A DNA stretch of 60,087 nucleotides, filler included. It is 4 parts of 4 records of this genome, joined end to end, with 100 filler letters (N's around TTAATTAATTAA, not from the genome) between each part and the next. Parts side by side here need not be neighbours in the genome. Positions count along the whole stretch, not along the records: positions 1 to 13,293 come from SRR31156797_709; positions 13,394 to 34,916 come from SRR31156797_712; 2 more parts are not named here. One strand, given 5' to 3'. Of this stretch, positions 9,529-19,494 are shown one piece after another. Each line of letters opens with the position of its first letter. Position 1 is the stretch's first letter. Under the pieces are notes generated by a model. It was not told where the DNA came from, ran no database searches, and saw only the letters and a list, made by a program, of their open reading frames with translations. The translations under genes were made by a program, and so were the position numbers.

Positions 9529-11133
9529 TTGTCAATGAAAGAAAGTTCTAAAACAAGTTTGTTAGGTAATTTGAAGTATGATATTCCGGCTTCGCTAATC
9601 GTTTTTTTAGTAGCGGTTCCCCTGTGTTTAGGGATAGCTTTAGCTTCCGGAGCTCCATTGTTTTCTGGTGTTATAGCCGGTATAATCGGAGGAATTGTAG
9701 TTGGTGCGTTTAGTGGATCGCAGCTGGGAGTAAGTGGACCTGCCGCAGGATTAGCAGTAATTGTATTAAGTGCTATTACAGAACTGGGGTCGTTTGAAGC
9801 CTTTTTACTTACAGTTGTCATTAGTGGAATCATACAAATAATATTAGGTTTTGCTAAAGCAGGTATCATTGGGTATTATTTTCCTTCTTCAGTAATTAAA
9901 GGTATGCTTTCCGGGATTGGTGTTATTATTATCCTTAAACAAATACCCCATGCTCTAGGCTATGATAAAGATTTTGAAGGGAGTATGTCTTTTGCACAAC
10001 CAGATGGGCATAATACACTTTCTGAATTATATTATATGCTCGAAGCACTTAGTCCGGGTGCGGTAATAATAGCGGCCGTTTCTATGTTTATTTTAATTCT
10101 TTGGGAACGACCATTTATGAAAAAGATTAAGCTTTTCAACTTGGTTCAAGGACCTTTAGTAGTTGTTGCCCTTGGAATTGTGCTTAATATGGTTTTTAAA
10201 GGGATGGAAGGTTTTGCATTAAAAGCCGATCAGGTAGTTGCTATTCCAGTTGCAGAAAGTCTTTCTGGTTTTGTAGGGCAATTTACTTTTCCTGATTTCT
10301 CTCAGTTTTCAAACCCTGCAGTATGGGTAATCGGAGCAACTATTGCCATAGTTGCAAGTTTGGAAACTCTTTTGTGTTTAGAAGCAACAGATAAGCTTGA
10401 TCCACATAAAAGAATTACACCTGTTAATCGCGAACTAAAAGCACAAGGAATTGGTAATGTTATTTCAGGTTTAATTGGCGGTTTACCAATTACACAGGTA
10501 ATTGTGCGTAGTTCTACGAATATTCAGTCTGGAGGTAGAACTAAAATATCAGCCATTCTGCATGGGGTTATTATGTTGGGAACAGCACTTGTTATTCCTA
10601 ATATTCTAAATCTTATACCACTTTCAAGTTTAGCCGCAATTTTGTTTGTAGTTGGATATAAACTAGCTAATCCAATTGTATTTAAGCAAATGTATAAACT
10701 TGGTATTTCTCATTTTTTACCATTTGTAGCTACTGTATCAATCATAGTATTTACCGATCTACTAACTGGAATTATAGCTGGTTTGGTTGTAGCTACCATG
10801 TACATTCTTTATAACAACTTTAAAAAGCCATTCATTTTTGAAGACGAAGAACACTTAAAAGATGGAGTGTTCAGAATGGAACTGGCAGAAGATGTGACCT
10901 TTATAAATAAGGCTAGCATCATGAATACTTTAAGCCAGATTCCAGCTGGATCAAAAGTGATTATTGATGCCTCTAAATCTATCAACATCGATCAGGATGT
11001 AATTGAAATAATCAGAGAGTACGAAGCAAATGCCGAATATAATGGTGTTGAACTTGAGATAATCAAAAGAAAAAGAAAAGGAGTACCGAATCAAAGAAGA
11101 GTGGTTGAGTCGGTATTGAGTTTAAGTAACTAA
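9529..11133 (+). CDS. SulP/SLC26 anion (bicarbonate) transporter
   Basis: VFLVAVPLCLGIALASG, VSGPAAGL, NRELKAQG, VIVRSS; STAS-like tail. Confidence 0.92.
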   Translation: MSMKESSKTSLLGNLKYDIPASLIVFLVAVPLCLGIALASGAPLFSGVIAGIIGGIVVGAFSGSQLGVSGPAAGLAVIVLSAITELGSFEAFLLTVVISGIIQIILGFAKAGIIGYYFPSSVIKGMLSGIGVIIILKQIPHALGYDKDFEGSMSFAQPDGHNTLSELYYMLEALSPGAVIIAAVSMFILILWERPFMKKIKLFNLVQGPLVVVALGIVLNMVFKGMEGFALKADQVVAIPVAESLSGFVGQFTFPDFSQFSNPAVWVIGATIAIVASLETLLCLEATDKLDPHKRITPVNRELKAQGIGNVISGLIGGLPITQVIVRSSTNIQSGGRTKISAILHGVIMLGTALVIPNILNLIPLSSLAAILFVVGYKLANPIVFKQMYKLGISHFLPFVATVSIIVFTDLLTGIIAGLVVATMYILYNNFKKPFIFEDEEHLKDGVFRMELAEDVTFINKASIMNTLSQIPAGSKVIIDASKSINIDQDVIEIIREYEANAEYNGVELEIIKRKRKGVPNQRRVVESVLSLSN

Positions 11134-11147
11134 TTAAATTTTCAAAT

Positions 11148-11783
11148 ATGGATAATACAATCACGCAAACAGCCACTACTCAGGCTCAAATAGTGCCGGA
11201 AGTGGCCATTCAAATGCTAAAAGAAGGTAACGAACGTTTTGTGGAAAATAAATTACTAAACAGGGATTTATTAAAACAAGTGAGTGAAACTTCTGATGGT
11301 CAATTTCCATTTGCAGCTGTGGTAAGCTGTATTGATTCAAGGATTCCAACGGAGGTTGTTTTTGATCAGGGCGTTGGTGATATTTTTAATGCTCGTGTGG
11401 CTGGAAATATTGTAAATGAAGATGTATTAGGAAGTTTAGAATTTGCCTGTAAAATAGCAGGAGCAAAGCTTATTGTTGTACTCGGACATACTTCGTGTGG
11501 TGCTGTAAAAGGAGCATGTGACGATGCAAAATTGGGTAACCTGACTAGTCTTTTGGGTAAAATTAAACCAGCTATTGAACAGGTTAAACTTAAAGAACAT
11601 CAGGATTGCAGTTCTGCAAATTCCTTATTTGTTAATCAGGTAGCTGAAAAAAATGTGGAGCTTACAATAGACAATATTATCAAGAATAGTGAAGTGCTGA
11701 GAGAGATGCTGATAAATGGTGATATTAAAATAGTTGGAGCTATGTATGATGTAAAAAATGGAAGTGTTGTATTTAGTTATTAG
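11148..11783 (+). CDS. Beta-class carbonic anhydrase
   Basis: CIDSR, RVAGN, GHTSCGAV zinc ligands. Confidence 0.95.
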   Translation: MDNTITQTATTQAQIVPEVAIQMLKEGNERFVENKLLNRDLLKQVSETSDGQFPFAAVVSCIDSRIPTEVVFDQGVGDIFNARVAGNIVNEDVLGSLEFACKIAGAKLIVVLGHTSCGAVKGACDDAKLGNLTSLLGKIKPAIEQVKLKEHQDCSSANSLFVNQVAEKNVELTIDNIIKNSEVLREMLINGDIKIVGAMYDVKNGSVVFSY

Positions 11784-11862
11784 TATAGTTTGCGCACCTT
11801 TAGGTGCAATTTTTCTCGATTTTGTTTTGATACGATTTAACGGATTGGTATCAAAACAATTT

Positions 11863-12077
11863 AACCTGAGTTTATTTATTGTGTAGAAGTTTAGGATATA
11901 GTTTTGTTAATGTGCTTAAGAAGGTTGGTTTTTAAGGAAAGACTTAAATAGGTTTTAATTAGTTCAGACTAGAGTGTAAGATTAATATTAGGGTTACGCT
12001 TATTTCTGTTAAAAACCAGCCTTCGCTTCCCAATGTTTTAGTGAACCATTAACTTCTACATATAAATAACTCAGGTT
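11863..12077 (+). other. ~215-nt nested inverted-repeat element (structured RNA or MITE)
   Basis: Outer stem 11863-11891/12051-12077; inner stem 11920-11935/12009-12024; innermost 11973-11979/11994-12000. Confidence 0.55.
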
Positions 12078-12247
12078 TTTTCTTTTAAATGCCAATTTCC
12101 ATTTGTTCGTGTAATATTTGTGCAGAATAATTAAATTATGGTAAGTTTTATTGAGTATATAAAACTATATTTACCATTCTTATAAAAAAACACAATTTCT
12201 TTTGATGGTTTTTTATTGATTAATTAAGCTCATAAATATTTCACATC

Positions 12248-13048
12248 ATGTTTTTAGAGATTTTAAAATACGGATTTCTACTGATATTTTTTGCGACTGC
12301 AGCTATTGGAATTGCTAGTATTCCTGATTGGATAAAAGTTTCGGAGTGGTATAAGAAAAAGATCTTTACCGCATTAATTCTTGAGGTGGTAGGCGTTATA
12401 ATTATTTTATTTAATCAGGAGTTTATCAATGCCGGATCAAAAGGAGTTCCAACTGTTGATTGGGGGAGTAAAAACTGGGTAGCATTGAATGAGAATGGGA
12501 TAAAAGTAAATCCTAAAATTACAATTGAAACTCAGGACACAGCCATCGTTAAGACCTTAGGCAAAGAATCCTATATAGCATTTAAAGATTTGGTTACCAG
12601 TATAAGTGAAGATGGTTTGTGTATTAAGAATACTGAGGATATGAGTTTGTGTGCTGTGAAAGGGGAGGATTTAAAACAGATGGGATTGTTTAATGCATTT
12701 AAAACAGCTAAAGGAGAAATTACTTCTACAGAAAACTATGCATACGTAAAATGGGAAAAACCAGAAAACAGCTGGAAACAAAAAGGATCTTTTATTGGCC
12801 CTTTTGAATTATCGATTGCAGATTATGCAGAAGGTACGTATTATACGATTAAAAATAAAATAAGCAATAAAATCGTTTTTGATAGCAGAAAAAGTTCTAA
12901 AAACCTGTTTTCAGTGGATAATCGTATTATTCATTTTCTGGAGCAGGATAACATTTATTATCTCCTAAGAATAGCCTGGGCAAATCTTCAACAAAACGAC
13001 AAATATGTGCACATTATAAATGTACGCATGGAACCTACAATTAATTAG
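12248..13048 (+). CDS. Hypothetical membrane protein
   Basis: 266-aa ORF, two N-terminal TM helices then a soluble domain. Confidence 0.7.
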   Translation: MFLEILKYGFLLIFFATAAIGIASIPDWIKVSEWYKKKIFTALILEVVGVIIILFNQEFINAGSKGVPTVDWGSKNWVALNENGIKVNPKITIETQDTAIVKTLGKESYIAFKDLVTSISEDGLCIKNTEDMSLCAVKGEDLKQMGLFNAFKTAKGEITSTENYAYVKWEKPENSWKQKGSFIGPFELSIADYAEGTYYTIKNKISNKIVFDSRKSSKNLFSVDNRIIHFLEQDNIYYLLRIAWANLQQNDKYVHIINVRMEPTIN

Positions 13049-13069
13049 TTACTTCAACATTATAAAACA

Positions 13070-13107
13070 AAAAAGCTAAACTTCAGATTGTGAAGTTTAG
13101 CTTTTTT
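13070..13107. terminator. Bidirectional intrinsic terminator
   Basis: AAAAAAGCTAAACTTCA-GATTG-TGAAGTTTAGCTTTTTT between convergent ORFs. Confidence 0.8.
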
Positions 13108-13137
13108 ATTTTAATGAATGAGATCCTCTATAAGTAT

Positions 13138-13293
13138 CTAAATTACGTCGATAGAATGCCCACTATTAGAACTAAGTCCTAATTGGTCTTCTCCACTATA
13201 ATTGTCTCTTTCTCCAGTAACACGAAGCTTTTGTCCTACAGTATAGATTGCAGAAGATACGTACCAAACACCATACACTTTTAATTCATCACC
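13138..13293 (-). CDS. C-terminal fragment of an unknown protein (contig edge)
   Basis: Open frame GDELKVYGVWYVSSAIYTVGQKLRVTGERDNYSGEDQLGLSSNSGHSIDVI* running into the N gap. Confidence 0.55.
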   Translation of the reverse strand, partial: GDELKVYGVWYVSSAIYTVGQKLRVTGERDNYSGEDQLGLSSNSGHSIDVI

Positions 13294-13393
13294 NNNNNNN
13301 NNNNNNNNNNNNNNNNNNNNNNNNNNNNNNNNNNNNNTTAATTAATTAANNNNNNNNNNNNNNNNNNNNNNNNNNNNNNNNNNNNNNNNNNNN
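13294..13393. other. Artificial contig linker
   Basis: N-run + TTAATTAATTAA (stops in all six frames) + N-run. Confidence 0.98.
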
Positions 13394-13394
13394 A

Positions 13395-13670
13395 TCAATT
13401 ATGCCAGCATATCCACATATGTTTACAAATCAAGCAGATGTTGCTACAGCATATGCAAATGCAAACACACAAAAAGTTGTTTTTGGTGTTCCTTATGATA
13501 AAGAGGGTATGCCAAAACTTGGATCATGGGCTGATGCTAAAGCTGCTGCTTTAGAAGAAGCAAAAATCATTGCTGCTGATATGAAAAACCAAAATGTTAA
13601 AGATGCAGTTGCAAATGGTGAAATCCCTGAGATTGTAGCGTTAATCGCGTATATGAATTCTCTTAAATAA
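13395..13670 (+). CDS. ccoO: cbb3-type cytochrome c oxidase subunit II, C-terminal part
   Basis: SIMPAYPHMF...EIVALIAYMNSLK; upstream of ccoQ/ccoP. Confidence 0.88.
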   Translation, partial: SIMPAYPHMFTNQADVATAYANANTQKVVFGVPYDKEGMPKLGSWADAKAAALEEAKIIAADMKNQNVKDAVANGEIPEIVALIAYMNSLK

Positions 13671-13679
13671 AGGTTTAAA

Positions 13680-13916
13680 ATGGAATACGAAACATTGATG
13701 ATGATTCAAGGGTATGCTAAATTTGCTTTGATTCTCTTCGTGTTTATCGTGTTTTATGGTTATGCATATTCTATATATAAGCGTCAAAAATCAGGTGAGA
13801 GGGACTTTGAAAAGTACTCAAGCTTGGTTTTAGACGATAATATAGAGTCTAAACCTTTAGAAGAAAGAGGAAAAAAAGAAAATACGGAAAAAAGTGAAGA
13901 GAAGAAAGACTCTTAA
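13680..13916 (+). CDS. ccoQ: cbb3-type oxidase CcoQ subunit
   Basis: Single TM; YKRQKSGERDFEKYSSLVLDD; operon position. Confidence 0.85.
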   Translation: MEYETLMMIQGYAKFALILFVFIVFYGYAYSIYKRQKSGERDFEKYSSLVLDDNIESKPLEERGKKENTEKSEEKKDS

Positions 13917-13956
13917 CTTTTTAGCGAATAGATAATAAAAGAAGGAGATAGTTAGT

Positions 13957-14847
13957 ATGAAATCTATGGTAATAGGTGGACTCATTCTAATCATAGCTTT
14001 AATGACAGGAACATATTTTGTTGCTGGTGATTCATTTAAGCTAGGAGATGACTATATCAATGACCTTACAATGCTTGGTGGTTTCGCAATTATTGGTATC
14101 ACAGTATTTGTAGCATTGAAATATGTTAATCAAATCAAGAATGATAAAGCTACTGGTGAGTTAGCTGAAGAAAATTGGGATGGTATTGGTGAGTATAAGA
14201 ACAATATCCCTGTAGGTTGGGGTATGTTGTTTATAGGTACGATGATTTGGCAATTATGGTATTTCTTTGTTGGATATCCAACAAATCAATTCTCTCAAAT
14301 TGGACAATACAATGAAGAGACTTTAGAATATCAAGCAAAGTTTGAATCAAAATGGGCTAATATTTCTGATAATGATCTTGTTGGTATGGGGCAATCTGTA
14401 TTCTTAGTACAATGTGCACCTTGTCATGGAGTTGATGGTGAAGGTATCAATGGTAAAGCACAAGACCTTACTAAAAGAATCTCTAAAGAATCAGTATTAC
14501 ATGTAATCAATAATGGAGCAAATAACTTCACATCTAAATATCCAGGTGGTATGCCTGCTGGTATGGCAAGTGGTGCAGATGCTGAAGAGATCGCTACTTT
14601 TGTTGCAGGTGGTATGAAAGGTGCTAAACCAGCAGCTTGGGCAGCTTGTTCATCTTGTCACGGAGAAAATGGTGAAGGTATGCCATTTGTTGCTCCAAAT
14701 ATTAAAACTTATAGTGATGATCTAGTTTTAACTGTATTAAAAGATGGTAAAAAAGGGATCATTGGAGCTATGCCTAACTTTGAGGGAAGATTAACTGAAA
14801 CTCAAGAGAAAGCAGTAGCTGCATATATCAGAAGTATAGGAGAATAA
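13957..14847 (+). CDS. ccoP: cbb3-type oxidase subunit III
   Basis: WDGIGEYKNNIP; two heme motifs CAPCH and CSSCH. Confidence 0.92.
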   Translation: MKSMVIGGLILIIALMTGTYFVAGDSFKLGDDYINDLTMLGGFAIIGITVFVALKYVNQIKNDKATGELAEENWDGIGEYKNNIPVGWGMLFIGTMIWQLWYFFVGYPTNQFSQIGQYNEETLEYQAKFESKWANISDNDLVGMGQSVFLVQCAPCHGVDGEGINGKAQDLTKRISKESVLHVINNGANNFTSKYPGGMPAGMASGADAEEIATFVAGGMKGAKPAAWAACSSCHGENGEGMPFVAPNIKTYSDDLVLTVLKDGKKGIIGAMPNFEGRLTETQEKAVAAYIRSIGE

Positions 14848-14848
14848 T

Positions 14849-15082
14849 ATGGCTGGAAACACACAAATGAATGAAAATGAAAGAGGACTATTTAGTTTAA
14901 TTCACGGAATCACTGGTATGTTAATAGCTACAGTATTATTACTTTCAATACTTGCGTTTTTAACTATCAATGCGATTGCAGTACAACAAAAAAATGCAGA
15001 GAACTTTTATGAAATTAATCAAGACTTACATGGTTTAAAAGCTAATAGTCCTGAGAATCATAAACAATGGATTAATAAATAA
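14849..15082 (+). CDS. DUF4006-like small membrane protein (cco-associated)
   Basis: ENERGLFSLIHGITGMLIATVLLLSIL; follows ccoP. Confidence 0.75.
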   Translation: MAGNTQMNENERGLFSLIHGITGMLIATVLLLSILAFLTINAIAVQQKNAENFYEINQDLHGLKANSPENHKQWINK

Positions 15083-15089
15083 GGAGAAT

Positions 15090-15185
15090 ATGATGGATAA
15101 AGTAATTGGAATTTTATTAGTAATTACAGCAGTTGCAACTATCATGTTGTCTTTTCTTGATTCAACAAGAGTATTTGTAGGCTAG
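15090..15185 (+). CDS. 31-aa single-TM small protein (absent from ORF track)
   Basis: AAGGAG SD, then MMDKVIGILLVITAVATIMLSFLDSTRVFVG*, then terminator. Confidence 0.7.
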   Translation: MMDKVIGILLVITAVATIMLSFLDSTRVFVG

Positions 15186-15204
15186 TTACTAAAATAGCTA
15201 AACT

Positions 15205-15237
15205 AAAGGGGAAAGAGGAAACTCTTTCCCCTTTTTT
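15205..15237 (+). terminator. Intrinsic terminator of the cco operon
   Basis: AAAGGGGAAAGAG-GAAA-CTCTTTCCCCTTTTTT. Confidence 0.9.
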
Positions 15238-15322
15238 ATTAGTTGAAATTATAAAAATGATTATTTAACTAAAATTAAGTCAAAGGGATGTAATATACCT
15301 TTTTTACAAAAAGGATGGTATA

Positions 15323-15979
15323 TTGAATTATTTATTAAAACTTTGTGTAGTATTTTTTACTTTTCTAACGGTAGCTTTTGCCAATAACCCTTATATTTTA
15401 ACTCATGATGGTCTTATAGATCAAAGGGCACAAGATAAAATCTTTCAAATTGGTTCCGAAGTTAAATCAAAACTCAATGCTAATATCTATGTTGATATTA
15501 AAGAGAATAATGGTGTAGATATCAAACTTCCACGTGAACAAAGAGTTCAAAAAATGCGTCAAATTGAGCAAGAACTTATTAAAGATCTTCCAAAACCGTA
15601 TGCTGTTTTAACAATAGCTGTTGATCAATTATATGCAAGTATTTTAATGTCTGATGATTTAAAAGAGATTCTTGATAAAGATGAGATACTTGATAGTTAT
15701 GTGATTCCTCTTCTTGCTTCAAAAGATAAAAACACTCTTTTTGCCAAGACAAGTGCCGCAGCACTTAATGGATATGCTCAAATTGCAGATTCACTTGCAA
15801 GAAGCCAAAATATAGAATTAGTTTCTAGTATAGGAAGTGGTGGAAAAGTAGCAAGTACCATTTGGAAAATGGTTATGTATACAATAGTACTTAGTGGAAT
15901 CGTTCTTTATGCAATTATTGTAATGCGTGAGAGAAAATATAGAAAAGAGGCTAAGAAAAATGACGCTAAAAGAGGATAA
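15323..15979 (+). CDS. TPM-domain-like exported membrane protein
   Basis: Signal peptide, soluble domain, C-terminal TM; usual position after epsilon-type cco genes. Confidence 0.6.
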   Translation: MNYLLKLCVVFFTFLTVAFANNPYILTHDGLIDQRAQDKIFQIGSEVKSKLNANIYVDIKENNGVDIKLPREQRVQKMRQIEQELIKDLPKPYAVLTIAVDQLYASILMSDDLKEILDKDEILDSYVIPLLASKDKNTLFAKTSAAALNGYAQIADSLARSQNIELVSSIGSGGKVASTIWKMVMYTIVLSGIVLYAIIVMRERKYRKEAKKNDAKRG

Positions 15980-16538
15980 AAGATTTATGAAAAAAGAGTA
16001 TGTATATGCTCTTTTTATTATAAAGTTTGTTTTAGGACTATATTTAATTTACTGGACCATTGCAACAACTTTAAGCTCAGATGTAGGGAAAGATGCGGAT
16101 AATGCATTTTTAACAACATATCACAATGTAGATGATAACTTTAATAAAATGAGTGTTTTAAATCAAAAGTTTCAACAGAAATATAACATTAAATTTGATT
16201 TTAATGGAACACAAATAGTTGGACTAAGTGTTGATGATGTATTTTTGGCTCAACGCGCTATCCAAGCTAGAAAGATTAGAAAAGATATGATCTTAGTGGG
16301 TGAGAATAAATTTTCTATCCATATTCAAGATAAAGATGGCAATGCTATTGGCTCTAAAAATATTGATATCTTAGTAACGAAAAACACTACCCATGCAGAA
16401 GATGTAAAATTACAATTTAAAAATGAAGATACAAAAACTTTTCAAATTGGCTCTATTGGATATTGGAATATTACAGGTACTGTTGATGTAAATGGAGATA
16501 AGGGATATTTTTATATAAAAACAAATGCTAAAAGGTAG
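15960..16538 (+). CDS. FixH/CcoH-like protein (start uncertain: 15927, 15960 or 15987)
   Basis: N-terminal TM then DNAFLTTYHNVDDNFN; cco neighbourhood. Confidence 0.5.
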   Translation: MTLKEDKRFMKKEYVYALFIIKFVLGLYLIYWTIATTLSSDVGKDADNAFLTTYHNVDDNFNKMSVLNQKFQQKYNIKFDFNGTQIVGLSVDDVFLAQRAIQARKIRKDMILVGENKFSIHIQDKDGNAIGSKNIDILVTKNTTHAEDVKLQFKNEDTKTFQIGSIGYWNITGTVDVNGDKGYFYIKTNAKR

Positions 16539-18885
16539 TTTACATAGATCTCTTTTAGTATTACCTACTTCAAGATCTATTCGAGAGTATATAGAATCTA
16601 ATAAAGCAAACAATCAGCTTTTAAATAAAACTCTGCCTATTGGGGAGTTTTTTCAAAAAGCTGTTATTTCAACTTCTAATAAAAAACATTGTGATACAAA
16701 TCTTAAAAAACTTTTTTTACAACAATCGATAGATAAGAACCAATTTAAAGAGTTAGGATTTAGCTCTGAGTTTAGTAGTTTTTTTAAACAAAGTGATTAT
16801 ATATTTCGTTTCTTTACCGAACTTACCAATGAGTATGTGGGTTTTGAAGAACTTTTAAGTTCAGATACTTATACTCTTTATAGTGACCATATTGAGATAC
16901 TACAAACTATTTATCAAAATTATCAAAGAATACTAGATGATAATGAGTTCACAGATTCTATTTTTTTAGCAAACAGTTTTCAAATAAATAAAGAGTATAT
17001 AGCTCAGTTTGATAGTATAACTATTAAACTTGAAGGGTATTTAAGTAAGTTTGAGCAAAAGATTATTCAAGAAATTGCACAACTTAAAGAGACCTATCTA
17101 ACTATAACTTTCAATGAGTACAATGAAAAAAATAAAGAATTTTTAAAAGAGTTTCAAGAAGAGTTTGAAAACGGCTTTGTATATATTTTAGATCTAACTC
17201 ATAAAAAGATCCTTCAAAAGCAAGATCAAAAGATACAAACACAAAATCTCCAGATTGGTAAAGTTGATTCCTTTTTAGAACAAATAGGGTTTATTAAATA
17301 CCATATTACACAGATGGTTCAAAGTGGTATATCTCCTGATAAGATAGCTGTGATAGTTCCTGATGAATCTGTAGTGGATAGTTTGGAGCTTTTTGATAAA
17401 GAACATTATTTTAACTTTGCTATGGGTCGATCTATTAAAGATTATAAAATAATAGAAACAGTACATCTTATTAATAAACTTCTTATTGATGATGAACCAG
17501 TAGATTATAAAAAGTTAAAGTTTTTAGAACTTGAATATGAACAAATAAATGTGATATTTAAATCTCATTGGAATAAAACTTTTACAAAAGAGATCTTTGA
17601 AGAGATTATCACTTTTTTATACTCTTTAGAAAATGATCTAGAGCTTTTAGAAAAACTAGAAAACTTACGACTCTCTTTAGAGGTGCTATTTTTCTCAAAT
17701 AGTATCTCAATCCCAGTAACTACAAAAGAGTTTATGAGAATCTTTATTACAGAACTTGAAAATATCACTCTTGATGACACACACGGTGGGAAGATCACTG
17801 TATTAGGGATACTTGAGACCCGTGCGGTGAGTTTTGATGGGATCATAATATGTGATTTTAATGATGAGAAGATTCCAAAACGAAGTGTCAAAGATAAGTT
17901 TTTATCAAGTAGTTTAAAAAAGCTAGTTGAGCTTCCTACTATTAAAGATAGAGAAAATCTTCAAAAATATTATTATAAAAGATTGTGTGATGGAGCACAA
18001 AGTATAGCTTTATGTTTTGTAGAGGATGATATCTCAGTGATGAGCCGATTTTTAATGCAGCTTTTTAGTGAATATAAAAAATATCTCAGTCTAAAAAACT
18101 ATGAATCGATCCTGTATCAAAAAAAGGAATTAGAAGCATTTCAATATGATATTAAACTTCCTATTGATCTCTCTTCTAAAGAGTGGTCGGCAACTAGTCT
18201 AAAGAGTTATCTTACTTGTAAAAGAAAATATTACTTTTCTTATATAGCTAATCTCAAAGAGCATACTATCTCTTTAAAGCTACAATCGTTTGAAGTAGGA
18301 CAGATTTTACATAATGGATTGGAGCAAGCAGTAAAAAATAAAATGTTTACAAAAGAGTATATAGATAATTTTATTGCACCATTTCAAAAGAAAAATCCTT
18401 ATCTTACCTTGGAGCTTGAACTTTGGAAAGAAAGACTTTATAGTTTTTTTGAAAATGAAAAGCAAAGAAAGAAACTAGGCATTGAAATAGTGATGGTGGA
18501 GCAGCCTTTTAAGATAGAGTATAATGGGATCAAACTTAAAGGGACTATTGATAGAATAGATAGATTTACAGATGGAACTTTCCAAATCTTAGATTATAAA
18601 ACCTCTTCAAGTCTTAAGGTTGATAATGTAAAAAGTTATGAAAAAAGTAATGACTTTCAGCTAGAGTTTTACTATTTGGCAAAACAAGATCAAAACATTA
18701 ATAGTGTAGCATATTATGATCTTTATAATAATGAGATTAAAGAGGAAGTGGTATTGCAAGAGAAGTTAAAACTTCTAGAGGAATATCTTCAAGGATTAAA
18801 AACTACAGAAGTTGAGTTTTCTATGACAGAAGAGTTTAAAGACTGCAACTATTGTCCTTATAAGATTTTATGTCAAAGGGACTAA
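16525..18885 (+). CDS. addB: AddB-like PD-(D/E)XK nuclease subunit
   Basis: VLPTSR, GILETR, SATSLKSYLTC, GTIDRID, LDYKT, CNYCPYKILC. Confidence 0.85.
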   Translation: MLKGSLHRSLLVLPTSRSIREYIESNKANNQLLNKTLPIGEFFQKAVISTSNKKHCDTNLKKLFLQQSIDKNQFKELGFSSEFSSFFKQSDYIFRFFTELTNEYVGFEELLSSDTYTLYSDHIEILQTIYQNYQRILDDNEFTDSIFLANSFQINKEYIAQFDSITIKLEGYLSKFEQKIIQEIAQLKETYLTITFNEYNEKNKEFLKEFQEEFENGFVYILDLTHKKILQKQDQKIQTQNLQIGKVDSFLEQIGFIKYHITQMVQSGISPDKIAVIVPDESVVDSLELFDKEHYFNFAMGRSIKDYKIIETVHLINKLLIDDEPVDYKKLKFLELEYEQINVIFKSHWNKTFTKEIFEEIITFLYSLENDLELLEKLENLRLSLEVLFFSNSISIPVTTKEFMRIFITELENITLDDTHGGKITVLGILETRAVSFDGIIICDFNDEKIPKRSVKDKFLSSSLKKLVELPTIKDRENLQKYYYKRLCDGAQSIALCFVEDDISVMSRFLMQLFSEYKKYLSLKNYESILYQKKELEAFQYDIKLPIDLSSKEWSATSLKSYLTCKRKYYFSYIANLKEHTISLKLQSFEVGQILHNGLEQAVKNKMFTKEYIDNFIAPFQKKNPYLTLELELWKERLYSFFENEKQRKKLGIEIVMVEQPFKIEYNGIKLKGTIDRIDRFTDGTFQILDYKTSSSLKVDNVKSYEKSNDFQLEFYYLAKQDQNINSVAYYDLYNNEIKEEVVLQEKLKLLEEYLQGLKTTEVEFSMTEEFKDCNYCPYKILCQRD

Positions 18886-18920
18886 TTTGTTATAATGGTC
18901 TACGTTTATAAATATTAGGA

Positions 18921-19493
18921 GTGAAAATGAAGAATCTGTTATATGTTTTAGCTATCAGTATACTATTTTTAGGGTGTGCAAAAAAAGCTCAGATCAATGT
19001 TCCTGCATATGTTTCATCAACGAAACAACAAAGTCAAAATGAAAAAGTGATCTTAGTGGCAGTAAATGATCAAAGAGAGAATAAAATGGTCTCAACTATT
19101 TATAATGATGGAAAAGTAGAGACACAATATCCTTTGAGTAATGATATAGAACTCTGGTATAAATATGGACTTCAGAGGGAGCTTATAAACCAAGGCTTAT
19201 ACACTGAAGATATTTTTGCACAAGCAAAACTTGTGGTAAATATTAAAAAAGTAGAAGTAAAATATGATAAATATTCATTAGAAAAAGATAATATGAAACT
19301 TCATCTAATTTTAGAGTTACTCATCAAAATAGAGAATAAAACAATCACTTCAAAGATCAATATAAATCAAACAGTTTTTAAAACTTTAGTTTTAGATGCT
19401 AGTGATTTTGAAGAGATCGTAACTGAAGCGATGAATACTTCGATCCAAAGAGCTGTAGCAATTGTTAGTACAAAAATAAATACAAAAGAGTAA
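18921..19493 (+). CDS. YajG-like lipoprotein
   Basis: Lipobox FLGC; VAVNDQR motif. Confidence 0.65.
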   Translation: MKMKNLLYVLAISILFLGCAKKAQINVPAYVSSTKQQSQNEKVILVAVNDQRENKMVSTIYNDGKVETQYPLSNDIELWYKYGLQRELINQGLYTEDIFAQAKLVVNIKKVEVKYDKYSLEKDNMKLHLILELLIKIENKTITSKININQTVFKTLVLDASDFEEIVTEAMNTSIQRAVAIVSTKINTKE

Positions 19494-19494
19494 G

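Noticed and set aside
9441-9869. 142-aa antisense ORF and similar short antisense or nested ORFs inside adh, addAB, mfd, virD4, nrdD, GH35 and the TPR gene
   Set aside because: Shadow frames of well-supported genes
13294-13393. TTAATTAATTAA repeated three times in N-runs, with abrupt taxon switches
   Set aside because: Artificial concatenation linkers; adjacency across them is not biological and not evidence of gene transfer
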